Under the pieces are notes generated by a model, which was not told where the DNA came from, did not search any database, and worked only from the letters and a program-made list of their open reading frames with translations. A program made the translations under genes and the position numbers. From Chrysomallon squamiferum (Eukaryota; Animalia; Mollusca), in assembly GCA_012295275.1 (NCBI GenBank), contig CM022671.1, positions 27,714,001 to 27,778,000 on the forward strand: a stretch of DNA of 64,000 nucleotides. Direction: 5' to 3'. Below are positions 1-28,158 of this stretch, in pieces. The number at the start of each line of letters is the position of its first letter. Within the stretch, counting starts at the first letter, position 1.

Positions 1-348
1 TTTTTCTTTGTTTATATTTACGTTTAATTTAAAAAATGTTTTTTTTATTATATATATATTTATTTTTATATTTTTTTTTTTATTATTATTATTATTATTT
101 TTTATTATTGGAATTTTTTTTTGGAATATTATACTTTATTTTAAAATACTGTATATTATTGTTCGTCTCCACCTTTCAGTACATTACAACTTCACATCGG
201 AAAGATTCAAGCGAAAATATTTAAAACATTTTATTTGAAAAATAATTAAAGTATTCAAATACCCTCATATAGCTAATTGCCCTTGTTTGAAAAATTAGTT
301 TTAAAAACATAAAAGCTGAGAATGCATCTTCTCATGTTAAACAAATAA

Positions 349-379
<31 letters not shown>

Positions 380-1858
380 AATAATAATAATAATAATTAA
401 AAATAATAATTAAATAATAATTTAAAAAAAGCTTTAAATAATGCAATGTAAAAACAGTTATGTAACTACCACTGTAAACTCACACCGTTATCTGTTAACT
501 AATATAGGAATTCTCTGACACTTTAGCAGTAATCTACGTGACTAGCGAAGTAAAGCCGTATTATCTCAGTTAAAAGCAAAGACTGTGGTTTAATTGTGAA
601 AATCATTAGGATGCATTGTACCCGCGTTCGCCCCAGGTACTCTTGTGTACAAATGAACAGTGGTGGTTGGTGAACAAACACTTGGATATATGTTTAATAT
701 TAAGCACCACACGTTATTCTTTTGAAACACCGGTGTCACACACAAAGGCTTTTCTTAACGTTCTGCATGGCTTATTCTTTTCGATCATTGTTTGTTTAAA
801 CCTAAGTGATTAGTACTGGAGTGCCGTAGAAACACAAGCGATCGTCTTTTTATTGTAGTTTATTTTAATGAATGAAATTTTAATTTCAAACGAAGGTCAG
901 TACAACAATGTGAAATACTGCAAAAATAATTTGTAGACAGTTGTTATTATTGACATTAGTATATGCTAATTAATTTTCCAAATTTAATATCAGCATAAAA
1001 TTATAGCTAAACATGGAGATGATGGCACTGACTTGTTTGCTTTGGTATTAACCTGTTACTTATTATAACGAATCTGACGATACTTTTAATAATATTTTAT
1101 TTCTGTCTAGATACAGGACTTGTTTGTTTCTTTTATTTATGAATTCCTTTTTCTTTTGATAATTTTATGGTATATTTTATCTAATGGTATTTAAAGTCAG
1201 TGTCTACTTTAGTATAATGTAGTGCATGATGATTTTATATCTCACACACACACACATACACGCACGCACGCACACACACACACACACGTACACACATATG
1301 CTAATGTAAATGTTGGGAACCAGTGTATTATTCAAGAGTCATTAATATTTTTTGTTTTGTTTTAAATGCTGATTTATATATATCAGTTTGTATAATAGGA
1401 CTTCAGAGTCACTGATCCAGATCTGCTTGCTATTGCAGCATGAAGGACATCAAAGTATCCCGACACAGAATTAAGTTAAATACATTAGCCACTTGACTTT
1501 GCAGTGATGGGGTTCGACTGGTAATCTCATTAACCAAGTTTTGTGTAGGTTTCTGAACAATCAGCTGGAAGTTGTGTTGTTTTAGCGGCTCCATACAGCC
1601 ATGTTTCAACCGATACGTCAAGCTCAGGGAAAAAACCTCCAACATATTATGAATCCATATTTAACCGTTATTCTATTTACTTTTTTTCAGAAAGGGTTGA
1701 ATGCATAGATATCTCTAAAACTGATCGAATACTTTCACATTTTAGTACTTGGCTGCAGTCTTTTAAGTAATAATAATATATTAAACATTGTAACTCTTAT
1801 ACCTGAAAGTCATTATAGCACATTTGACTGATATGTTATTTTAACTCTGTGTTTTCAG

Positions 1859-4469
1859 ATCGCTAGGCAGTGGTCTCGACAAGACTGTATGCAGCACCAG
1901 GAAGTTCTCACTGACAATGGAAGCGAATGGCCAAGGTGTTAATGTTGACGAGGTTGATACGAGTGCTGGTTCACATATCAACATGGAAAAAATAAGCACG
2001 ATGACTTTGGACGAGTTTAAAAATCTCTTGAACAATTCTTTGTCAGTTCCAGGAAATGCTGGAAATGGTGCAGCTTCCTTGAGTTCGGAGTCTCCTCGGT
2101 CACAGTGCAGCTCTGACAGTTGTAAGTTCCAGTCTCAAAGACAAAACTCATCATCTAGTCGCGATAGATCTAGGACTGTGTGTCATTCAAGTGATTATTC
2201 CCACAGAAAACGAAACAGTTTGGACGATTCGGGCTACCTGTCTCAAAATTGCAATAAATCCAGAACTGATATTCCTGATTCGCCAGACTTCGTACAGCGT
2301 AGAACGTCACCAGTAGTGTCACGATCGAGAACTCCGACCTCTACCTCAAAGCCTAACGTAATATCGAGATCTCGAACGCCAACAACCACTCCAAGAACAA
2401 AAACACCAACAAACCCACAACAACAGACAGCAGCTGAAAAACCAGAGGATGAATCTCAGCAGCATCGTTCCACAGAAACAGCTGGACAAACCACAGACGG
2501 GCAGGGCCGTCCCGAGAGACCTGCCACACCCAGCATGATTCCTCGTTTTTCAGTTCCTCGTCCAACAACACCACACACAACCAGCTCAGCTAACGACATC
2601 AAGCCACAGCTTGCAGAACGTCCACCCACTCCTAGCAGATCTAGAAAACAAATCGCCATACAGAGACCGACTACGCCTGTGAAAGTTTCCTCCTACACAT
2701 CAATCTTCAACGCTAGAAGGTCTAGTACTCCAGGCCCAGAAACGTCGACTTCGAGGCCACTTACACCAACTGTTCAAAGACGTTCAGTGACCCCAGGTCC
2801 TCGGGAAGCTTGGAGAAGTTCCCAGGTTAAAAGTTCTGACAAGGCTGCTGGAGAAAGAGGCAGGCCATTGTCTCGTAGCTTGGACTTTTCAACTCAGGTG
2901 AGAAGAGCAAGAAGTGTAACTGACGTGAGAACAGGTATGAGTCTAACAGCCACAGAAATTTCAATATCAGACGACGAGGACGAACACGTTAACAAGGAAA
3001 ACAAACTTCACACTGGAAATGAAATAAATAAGCAGAACCCTCAAAACCGCACCACGTCCAAAAAGGTCTTGCCACGTCAAGCCGCATTTGACCAGTCTAC
3101 ATCGTTTGTAATTTCCAGAACAACAACAGGTACACACTGTGTAACACTCAAAGAGAACGGAGAAACAAAATACGATTCTTCAAAGAGAAATACTGACGCT
3201 GTTTCCAACACAGATCGTTCCAGGCCTAGGTCGAAGACTCCTGATCCATCAATGATAAGGCAAAGACCTCGCAGTGTTGAACCTCGGGGATTACTTCAAA
3301 AAAAGGAAAACAGTGGGAGACCAGCTCTTGTCATATCCAGAACAAATTCGGGACAGAATGTCAACAGTCGCACCGAGGCCTGGGTTAACTCTACCATAGA
3401 AAACAAGAGAAAGTTGCCTCGACCAAAACGATCCATGACGCCAAATTCTCTGGACGATTCCGATCCAAAACTGGAATCACGACCACTGGAAGAAATAAAA
3501 GCAGCACTGCAGCTGCCACTAAATGGATTCAAAATAGATCCAGTCGCCTTAGAAGCTCCACCTGAAGATCCCAAGGCATATTTCGAGATGGAGAAATTGT
3601 TTAAAAAGTATAAGGAAATGGAACTTCGGGCGTCTCTGAACGAAACGCCAGGCGGAGGAGACACAGATGTAAGAGGAAAGGCTCCGGGAATACTGAAGAA
3701 ACAGTCATCAACGGAAACGCCTTCGTGTCGGTCTGTGAATTCTGTGTCTTTCAGCACACCTTCTCTTTCTTCTGCTACCACCAGCTCTACCAGCTCCAAA
3801 ACTATGTCGGATGCTCCTAACGGCAACAGTCATTCGGCTGACAACAACGTCGCCGAGGAAAACATACCGTCCTCCCAAGCGACTGTTTCTGAGTCTTTCA
3901 CCTCACCTGCCTCTCCTCCCCCTGATAACCCTAGTGTCGCTGCGGCAAATCCCCTAAAAGAAAATGGTGTGACGTCACCAGTGGAAGAAACAGCTAGCTC
4001 GGAACAAGACAGTGCGCTAGCTCTAGTGTCAAAAATAAAGGAAATTCTTAAAGTACGCCCAAGAAAAGATAAAATGGCGGGTCCAAGGACGCGCATTCCA
4101 GCACCAAAATTAACGAAAGACAGAAGATCTAAATCCTTCTCCTCTCTGTCAGCTTTGAGTTCTCCTTCAAACGACGACGTTCCTTTTATAATGGACGACG
4201 ACAGTAACGATGCGGCAATGAATCAGTTTGAGGGGGGCGATTCATATCAGGACGATGACAGATGCCAGACTCCAGTCCCGCGAATGGCCACGCCTTTAAC
4301 AACCGGCCGAAGTACGTTTATTAACAATCCCAACAACAACGCCAAAACTGACAGTGGAAAGAAACTAGTGAAAGCATTCTCGCACGATGCAAACCTTTCC
4401 AATTCGCTGTCTTCAGTTTCCAGCAGTCTGTCCATTTCTACAGCCGATTACGAACCGGAATACGTCTGA
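1859..4469 (+). CDS. Large terminal coding exon of an uncharacterised S/T/P/R-rich disordered protein (850 aa from ATG 1917); possibly the C-terminal region of a GAS2-like or other microtubule plus-end protein
   Basis: 2.55-kb ORF with clearly higher GC than its flanks. Acceptor tgttttcag|A at 1858/1859 with the frame open from 1860 (SLGSGLDKTVCSTRKFSLT-M). ATG 1917 is in a strong acaATGG context, so it may also be the true start. TGA at 4467-4469. Family assignment is inference from RxxTP and SxIP motifs only. Confidence 0.85.
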
Positions 4470-4613
4470 CAGACAAGAACATTTCGCAGAATTTTAATCC
4501 ATACGTGTTACCTTCTCACTGAGAAACTCCACTAACGAAATTGTGTACATCAATATTTGCATCTATTCCTTAACAATTTAATTAAAAAAAAAAAAAAAAA
4601 AAAAAACAAGTGC

Positions 4614-4690
4614 TTCTGAATTTCATACAAACTGCAAACTGAGCTATTCTGAATTTCATACAAACTGTAAACTGAGCTATTCTGAATTTC
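4614..4690 (+). repeat. 33-bp tandem repeat (about 2.3 copies) in the 3' UTR of gene 1
   Basis: ttctgaatttcatacaaactg(c/t)aaactgagcta at 4614-4646 and 4647-4679, plus a partial third copy; follows an A-tract at about 4584-4606. Confidence 0.9.
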
Positions 4691-5004
4691 GCTGGGATGC
4701 GTGTTCGACCCAAAAATTTACGCTGTAATATTATTTACGTTTGTGTTTCTTTTTTACTTGTACTTTTTCAAAATGTAAAAAAAAACCCAGAGAAATGTAT
4801 TTATTATGTCGTCCCAAAACCATGCCATATATCATTAATATATACACAAGCGATAATTTAATATTTCAGTTTTATTTATTTATTGTGTTGGATATTTCGT
4901 GGCATTCTTCCATATGTATTTGTCGATTCTGGAAATATTTAATTGTTTTTAGTTTTGCTTTTGATTTTGCTTTTATAATTTTTTATTTTTTATTTTTTTT
5001 TATT

Positions 5005-5011
<7 letters not shown>

Positions 5012-5079
<68 letters not shown>
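5012..5079. repeat. (ATT)n microsatellite, representative of many (also about 350-395, 5202-5238, 5595-5650, 7520-7568, 9870-9910)
   Basis: Seen directly; source of the spurious poly-Ile/Leu/Tyr ORFs. Confidence 0.95.
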
Positions 5080-5082
<3 letters not shown>

Positions 5083-5199
5083 TTATTTTTATTAATTTAT
5101 TTTTGTTGTTGTCCCTATTGGTCAAGTGTATCTGGATAAATTTCAAAAACTGATTATATATTGGTACAGAAAAGTGGTCTCTATTCTTACAACAAACAA

Positions 5200-5242
<43 letters not shown>

Positions 5243-5592
5243 GAAAGACCTTAGGAAATTATCATTAATATTTCAAAAAAGAAATGGAAATAAATCAACA
5301 ACTTTGTTATAACGTCACGAAATCATAGAAGATTTGTCATTATTTATGTATAATCTTTTTCTTTCTTTTTTAATTTTTCTTATTTTATTATTATTATTAT
5401 TGGGGTTTTTTTGGGGTTTTTGTTTGTTTTTAATTTTATTTTTTTAGTTTTTTTATTTTTTGAAGAAAAAACATTTTTTACCAAGTGTAAGACCGAACTA
5501 CATTTGTTTACATTCCAATTATCATTATAGTAATTATCATTCCTATACAATATAATTATGTATATGAGAAAAATCCTTATTTATTTATTTGC

Positions 5593-5651
<59 letters not shown>

Positions 5652-6424
5652 CTTAACTGTCATCTTTATTACAGTGAAATAATTTATACGTTACGATATC
5701 AAGGGAGGCAAATCACATAAAGCAAATTTCGTACGAATTGTTTCCCTTCTCAGTTTTGATTTCCGGCTGCCCTCTTAACCTCTGCGGATATTAACAGCAC
5801 AATTAACTATAACACTAACAATATATATAATGTTTAAATGCTGTATCCGTTTTATAATTAATATCCTTACATGAAAGGCAGTCGAAAATTTTGACGATGT
5901 AAATGTTTGTTAACTGTTTATTAAAACCAAAATGTAATGGCACAAGAGATCAAAAGAACCAAAAACTTGTACCAATGGTTTTCAAATGACGGACCTTCAG
6001 TCATGTATAATTTGTTTTTAAGATGCTAATATATTTTATTTGTTTATCTAAGAATTTTGATACAAATATTATTGCCTTTTATTTATTATTATTTTTTTAA
6101 TATATTTTTCTTTTGCCCCACTCACCTCCCTGAAGTTCTTCCGACATTTTTTACTTCGTTTGTGTAATTCTTCAGAAGTAATGTATGCAAGTGGAATGAC
6201 ATATACAAAAATTGTAAATAATTATTACAGCACATGCAAACACCATCTTTCTTTTTGTATCTCCTGTTTGTACATCGTATGTACATATTCAAAGTAATAT
6301 AATTATAGTTGATTTAGTCGTGTACAAAATGTATCATTCCAATGTTCATCTGCTATCTGTGATCATGAATATATTTATGTATAAGCAGCATATACAGTAT
6401 TTATTAATTTTCAAATGTTGCGTG

Positions 6425-6430
6425 AATAAA
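6425..6430 (+). terminator. Candidate polyadenylation signal for gene 1
   Basis: AATAAA preceded by a cluster of TGTA motifs (about 6250-6380) and followed by a T/GT-rich tract; inference. Confidence 0.4.
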
Positions 6431-7517
6431 ATATATTTTAAAAAAATACATATATTTGAAAGATGAATGAAGCTGTGTGTTTATTATTTCTTATTTGCCT
6501 TAGTGTTTCACTTATTGTCTTTGTCTATTTATGTTTATGTAGTAGGTTTTTTTTATTTTTTATTTACCATGTTACTAGCAATGACGAATTTGTAAGTAGT
6601 TATGTTATATTTATTTCATCAATACACATGAAAGAATTTGAGACAACTGAAAAATAAAAACATTAAAAAAATAATAATAATAATAATAATTAATAAATAA
6701 ATAAATAATAAGAATATCCACACAAAAAAAGAGAAGATGAAAAAACAAACAAAAATATATTTGTTAAGTGCATGTATTAGAGTGAAAAAAGACAATTAAA
6801 TAAAAGAAACAATGTCAATCAATAAACCATTAGACAAAGGTATTTATGTTAATTGAAGATTCAAGTACATCTGTTTAGAGAACATTAATCCGGCCGATTA
6901 ATTAAAAAGAATAAATAACATATTCAGTCTGCTCAATAATTAGAGGCAAAGAGAGACAATATTTATATAGTATAATATCTACCAAAGAAAATGTACTTAA
7001 GACAAATACATATAGTGGTGAATATATAAGGCTACAAAATCTCACAAAGTTAGACCTGTAAGAGGACAGCCACTTTTCAGTTTCGAGGTTAATTCGAGAA
7101 TACGTTGATGTATTGTTCAGTTTAATTCCCACCGAGAAATAAAACTCTTGTTTAAAGTGTATTTTTAAAACAAAACGGTAAACCCAGTTTGGGATCAGTA
7201 TGTACAGTTTTGGTAGCTAGGTGTGTGTTTTCGGCACCTACAGTATCAAAAGAAAATATTTTGAGAACAGTTTCTACAACTTTTCACGACTGCACTAAAG
7301 TGATGTCTTAACTTCAGAAATATGCATGGAACTTACCCATATATGGTCAATGTAACAAAACAAAAAAAATAAATAATTATTGATAATAAAATAATGGAAT
7401 TTTCAGGTTTAATGAACTTAATACATTGCTGTATGTAAATTTAAAAAAATAAATGAAATAAAATATTTGTACACACTGAATACAGTATAGTAATTTATAT
7501 GTGGCGGTCTTGTCAAA

Positions 7518-7568
<51 letters not shown>

Positions 7569-9863
7569 CGGCCTTTTTCATGTACAGCTCGGATTCGGAA
7601 ATTAACAACTTACTAAAAAAAAAACAGAAATATCTGTAAAAAATACAAAAAGTGTAGTAATAGCATTATCTGAAACAGATATCGGTTTAGCACAAGAGGA
7701 GTTAAACGTTTTATCTGTAACTTACACGAGGTAACCTAAGTCATGTTTGTTACGTTGAACCATCCAGTTTTCCTTTTAAGCTAAACGCTTTGTTAAAAGA
7801 TAAGTGCGGCTGCAAATATTTGTACAACGTACCAAACTCCCAGACAGTAATGATAAAGGCACAAATAAAGCATGCCGTGAAGGGTTTGCACGTGATCTAC
7901 GGAAATGGGAAGTGTATTATATCTTTTCATAACGTAAAAGTTTCGACTTTGTATTCTGGTTTATGTATTTAATTTTACATATACTCTTCTGGCATCTAAA
8001 CATTTTTTTTTTTTTTTTTTTTTTTTACATGATCCATTATAAAGATTCTAGTAGCCTTTGTAATAATTATACAGAAACCTTGAAACATTTTTTTTTTCAA
8101 ATGTGAAAAGATTCTAAGATATGGGAAAATGTAAAATCATAGTTACTGTTAGGAAATTAGTTTCAGCAAAACTCGTTTTATTTGGTGTGATTAATGACAA
8201 AAACAGCTTCTTTGTTAACTGGTTTGCATTCAGTCTTATATGTTTAGAAATCGAAATGTTCTTACATAATCAAGTAAGAAGAAAACTGTGACGAGTCTTA
8301 CACAGAATATTATTATGGGAAGAAAAAAGTTTTCATTTTGAAAAACGAATAGGACTGAATAGACTCAGTCTTGCGTAGAAATTTTGTTTCGGACGATTTC
8401 ATTGCTGGCACTTTGCTATGTGAATAAAGATGAATCATAAATGTTGCTTTTTATTGCAGCAGTGCTAATGTTAGATATATTAGTATCGGTTGATATTGAA
8501 GACGACGACGTCAGCAATGACGATAATGATTTTACATAACATCGGATGTTACACATTATTGCCTAAGGGCCCGCTATTTAAAAATCCAGTAAACAGAAAT
8601 TATATTTTCTTGACAAACATAAAGGTTTTCTATTGTGCAAGACAGTTTTAATAACTGAAAAAGTGTTTTGTTAATTATTTATTCTTGTTTTTTTTCCTTT
8701 TTCAAATTCAATTGCCGTATTTCCATTTTTAAATGATGTTCACTTTAATTTCTTTCAAATTCTCTATAATCATTTTTCATTTTTGAATGGCCTTCGATAT
8801 CGTTTTAAAGATGTTTTTTTTTTTTTTTTTTTTTTTCAATTACACTGTAGTGTATCTTTCACAGTAGACACACAAGTATTATTTTTAAATTAATTATTGA
8901 AACATTATTTAAGAAAACAAATACTGACATCTGGATAACTGAAATAATTACATGCATTAATGAGACGTATTATCATATTAACTAATCAAACATGCCCTAA
9001 AGACATAATAACATGATTAAATGATTTGATGTATTGCTTGCAGTTATAATAATCAACATACACTTTTTTGTTTTTTTATCTCAAATAATTATTTTTTAGA
9101 ATATTATTATTATAATATATGAAAAATTAAATAAAGAATGTTAAATATCTAACATGATAACTTACTCTTTCAAATATTTTCATTAATTTATTTTATAAAA
9201 TGTAGTTTATATATACATCGTCATCATCGTTTTCGAACTCACTCGAAATCCTGTTTGTGGTTATTAACAATAATGCATTGCGCTTCACTTTTTCCGCTCG
9301 CTGCACTCTCCGTTAGTGTGCAACATTTTCCTGCCTGTCAACAGTTGTAAACTGTTTTGCCTCGCGTTTTTAAATTCTTACAGCATCATGCCTTCCGCTG
9401 TTTGTACGTAAGCTGTGAGATGCCGTATTATCGCACGATGGATGGAACAGCCTAATTCGGCCGAGCTAACTCTCGATATCGGTAAATAACTTGGCATGTA
9501 GAATCGGATCAGTAATCATCGACGGTTTACTGCGGTCCAGGTCTGTTTGAGCCGCTGGCATTCTGCTCTCACGTCCGTGGTCAGTCTGAATTTAACCTCG
9601 CGTTCACCTCAAAACAAAAATAAATTACAATGAACCACGAATCATTTTTTATCCTAAACATACGGGTATCTGTTACCACCAGCCCCCTTATCTCGCTTCC
9701 ACAGAACCGGTTTTAGAACTGCCGTTGTTTGTGTTTGTTAAATATAACTTCGTTCTTTATTTGTTTGCTTCGTATTTTAAATATATTACAATTAGCCAGA
9801 AAGCCGAAAAATCCCGGTTTTAATTATTGCGAAGATTTATTAGAAGAACAAACGCCTATTTTA

Positions 9864-9910
<47 letters not shown>

Positions 9911-10016
9911 TGTTTTTTTTTTTTTTTATACTACGACATACAACAATCGCCTTGTGATTTTTTTTTTTAGACAGTTTCCGTTTTATAAAATTATTATTTT
10001 TGTACAGGAAACTGGT

Positions 10017-10054
<38 letters not shown>

Positions 10055-10389
10055 TTATTTATTTATTTATTTATTTATTTATTAGCCTAATTTTGAAGAA
10101 ACGGTCTTTTATTGTATGTAAGTAATATATGTTACGGTTTGGCAAACGCAGGTGATGGTCAGAACTGCAGTAAAACAGATCTTGGTAATTAATTATAGGA
10201 ACGTCGGATGTGTTTGCTGTGACTTTTCCACGTGATAAGAATGTGTGCAGTATATACATATATAGGTCAGGAATTTGCTAAATACACGATGTTTTGTTTA
10301 CAGGTGAATAAGTCTTTGCAACAGATAGAGGACAGTCAGTAAACTCAGCAGTTTAGATACGACATGACACTGATCAATGCACAACTTCT

Positions 10390-10675
10390 TAGTGCCTTCC
10401 TCGGTAGCCAAATGCGATAAAATATGTATTCCTGGGAAGTGCATGTAAAATATCTCTCAGTAAATAGCAGACGAAATATAAACTGTAGCCAAACGGTCAA
10501 AAGCATGATGTAACATTTCGTGCTTTCGTCTGTGGTCTAATGCGACGCAGCATACGTTTCTGGGAATTGCTTAAAAATATATCTTGCTGCTAAATACCAG
10601 AAAGAACATAAACTGAAGTGGCCCAACGGTCAAAATATATGATAAAACATTTAGTGCGGTCCTCGATGGCCGAAG
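10390..10675 (+). repeat. Diverged tandem duplication of about 130 bp (2+ copies)
   Basis: Unit starts tagtgccttcctcggtagcc (10390), tcgtgctttcgtctgtggtc (about 10518) and tagtgcggtcctcgatggcc (about 10652); shared internal blocks ctgggaa, taaata.cag, ataaactg, aacggtcaaaa. Confidence 0.7.
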
Positions 10676-11637
10676 TCTAGTTTATCGAAGATGGTGGGAT
10701 ATGTACTTCACAGGAAAATTACGTTTCTTGTTGCCAAGTGATAAAAGTTAACAATACTGTGCGATCTGCGAGTGTCTTCTCTCATATCTTCATTATACCA
10801 AAAACCAAAAACATAAATCATATATAATAACTGTTGATATTACACATACATTAAGTGAGTTCTTAAACATTTATTTATAAAATTTTCGGTTGTTAATAAA
10901 TGAAGCTACAAGTAGACTGTGAGTGTCATGAATAAAACGTGTTTCTTTCCTTATCTATCATTGCTAAGTGATTTGAAGTTTCTGTGTTTGCAGAAATAAG
11001 GTTAAATAGCCATTTAGAGATAAATATCAGAAATTCGTGATTCAGACTATTCATCTTAAATAATGGACATTACATAATCTTTTTTTATATATATAAAAAT
11101 GAGTTTTGATTTAACTGAAACGTTGTCTGCAAAACATATATAAAAGCAATCTGTTTCACATGTAAAGTAACAGCAGCATCAAATAACAACAATTTCAATA
11201 ATAATATCATTTGTTTCGACTCAGAATAATTTTTTGAATGAGTTTTCTTGAATTATCTCAGACTGCCAGCGGATAAAGTTTTTTATTTCCTAAGCTGAAA
11301 TGCTTGCTGTTGCCCTCTTTCGATTTACTTTCGATTAATGCTATAAAATATTGGATACGTTTTGTCAAATTAATAACGGTTCATAGCAGACAAAGCAAGA
11401 ATGAAAACAAAAACAAGAAGAAAAGCAAGAAACAAAAAACAAAAATACAAAAACCTCAAAGACATGGCAGAGACAAGAACAACATTAATCGTCCACATTA
11501 TTATGTATTTAATGGAATGTTTGTTGAAAAGGTAAAAAAAAAAAAAAAGTTTTAACATATTAAACAGAGCAAGCTGCGGTATATCCACGTCCGTCGTGGT
11601 CAAACAATCGTAGATACATTTAACAAAGGAACTTGTT

Positions 11638-11677
<40 letters not shown>

Positions 11678-11969
11678 CGACTCCCGCAGAGTTTGTACAG
11701 AAGGGTTTTAGTATGTTAGTGCGACAAACAATCAGAGAGAAGAGAAAGTCTAATGTCTTACACCTTCCCAGTTATAGATTCTGAGATATGGCCAAAAATT
11801 CATTCAGTTATTTCCAAAGAGTGATATTTGGAAGACTGTTTCATTACAATTGCATCGAGTTTTGGTATTAATTTCAATTAAAATCTTTCTCTTTATGAGT
11901 ATGTGTGTGTGTACATATGTTCATGTGTATGTGTGCATGTGTATCTGTGTGCATTTGTATGTGTGTGTG

Positions 11970-12014
<45 letters not shown>

Positions 12015-13183
12015 AACAAAAACAAAGCATATTAATATCACACAAAGATACATACACACGTACATATATACTCATATATATATATTGTTTTGTTTTATCT
12101 TGGGTGACATCTCCAGGTATAACGATTGTTTACATTAAAGACAGGTGTGTGTGTGTGTGTAACCTGGTTGTATGTTCTGCGAACAAAAAACTAGGAATCC
12201 GGAAGAATTAATCTTTACTGTGATTGGTGAACTTTATCTTGGAAATATTCGAGTGTAAACATTCTTCAGTTGGTAACATCTCTAGATTTACTCAGTTTGG
12301 TTGATGACGTTGTTGGAATAGTTTTAATGTGCAAGATAACAGGTCATCTTTCCATTAATGTCCATGATTATAATAATAAAAAGCAACAGCAATAATAATA
12401 ATAATAATAATAATAACAACAATAATAATAATAATAATAATAACAACAACAAACAACAACAACAATAATAATGAAAGAAAAGAAAAATATTATTATTTTA
12501 TTATTATTTTTTTTTTTTTTTTTTTTTTTTTCGTGGATATCTTACATGTTTCAGAGAATTTTGAAAGTCGACCTAAAACGTCATAGTATTACGTGATCTT
12601 GGTTTCTTGATTACGTCAAAAAAAAAAAAAAGAAGATAATAATTATATGTATATATAACTGCGTAATTTCGTCACGGAAATATGTTACATAGCGGTATAG
12701 TTACAGATCTGGCAACTTTAATTCACCACTGTAACAAATCTTTATTACGTAACATTATACACTGCTGTAAAATGAAATCAAACTGCAGTGGCGTTAATTT
12801 TTAAAAATCACAAATCACTGTGTAAACTTTGTATTTCACTCCGATCATTCAGACAGCGCAAACCGCCAACGATAAGCTACGACGACAGGGTCGCCCGACT
12901 CAGTTAACGTGTATACCTTGTCAGGTTTTGATGGCCTCTTTTTAACTTACCTGGGTTTGTGACAGCGTCACTTCGGTTCAGTTCGCTCGCGAAGTTCAAT
13001 GGTGTAACACGTAAACAAAACGCGAGAGCTCGTCATTATTTTATTCGACATTTTTCTCTCTCTCTCTGTGTCTGTGTCCCTCCTTTGACTTGGGGTTTTA
13101 GGAGACTCTGAAGAAGAGATTAAAGCAGTGGAAAGCACTGAAGAGAGGTATTTTCACCTGGACATTTTCTTACTGAAAAGACA

Positions 13184-27554
<14,371 letters not shown>

Positions 27555-27848
27555 ATTCGTCATTTCATTATCACACTCACATTCGTGTTTTTTTTGACAG
27601 ATCTACATATTAAGATCAAATAAACGATTATCTTGTATTGCCAGTAAATCAGAACTTTAGCTAGTGATTAAATACATTAGCCAGGGTAGCAGCAGTATAG
27701 TTGTTTAGACTGTATAAAAAGACATTATCGAACGTATTGGGTGACTGTTAGAAAACTAGCCTTTGTAAGACGTTTTCACGTTGTTTTAAAATCCACGTGT
27801 TATTTGCAAAAAAAAGTATACCTACCTATCTACCTATTTACATACATA

Positions 27849-27881
<33 letters not shown>

Positions 27882-28119
27882 CAAAGTGAAATCAGAAAAT
27901 AACATGCATATACAGTCAACCTTGGTTTTAAAACAGGAATGTAAAAATCAAGAAACATAATAGCGGGTGATATATCTCAGCTCTTTTAAAGTATATCAGC
28001 TTTTGAGACAAAATATTCTGCTTTAGTTTATAATTTAAAAAAAAAAAAAAATAAATATAGATAGATAGATATAGATAGATAGATAGATAGATAGATATCA
28101 CTAAGTAAATTATTTATTC

Positions 28120-28158
<39 letters not shown>

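Noticed and set aside
8-238. Short hydrophobic ORFs here and at 4741, 9729, 15248, 21675-22244, 26311-26813, 56412-56756 and similar
   Set aside because: Translations of (ATT)n, (CT)n, (CA)n and poly-T tracts with non-ATG or weak starts; no coding signal
859-895. Possible upstream exon of gene 1 (ttgtag|...cgaag|gtcagt)
   Set aside because: Contains a stop in the frame needed to join the 1859 acceptor; could only be non-coding, and there is no further support
1495-1530. GGTTCGA B-box-like sequence suggesting a tRNA
   Set aside because: No cloverleaf or properly spaced A box; at most a SINE remnant
2353-4435. Minus-strand ORFs overlapping gene 1 (e.g. 3296-3826, 176 aa)
   Set aside because: Antisense shadows of a long GC-richer coding exon; no independent motifs
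4614-4690. 33-bp repeats superficially similar to CRISPR repeats
   Set aside because: Units are adjacent with no spacers, in a eukaryotic 3' UTR; no cas genes
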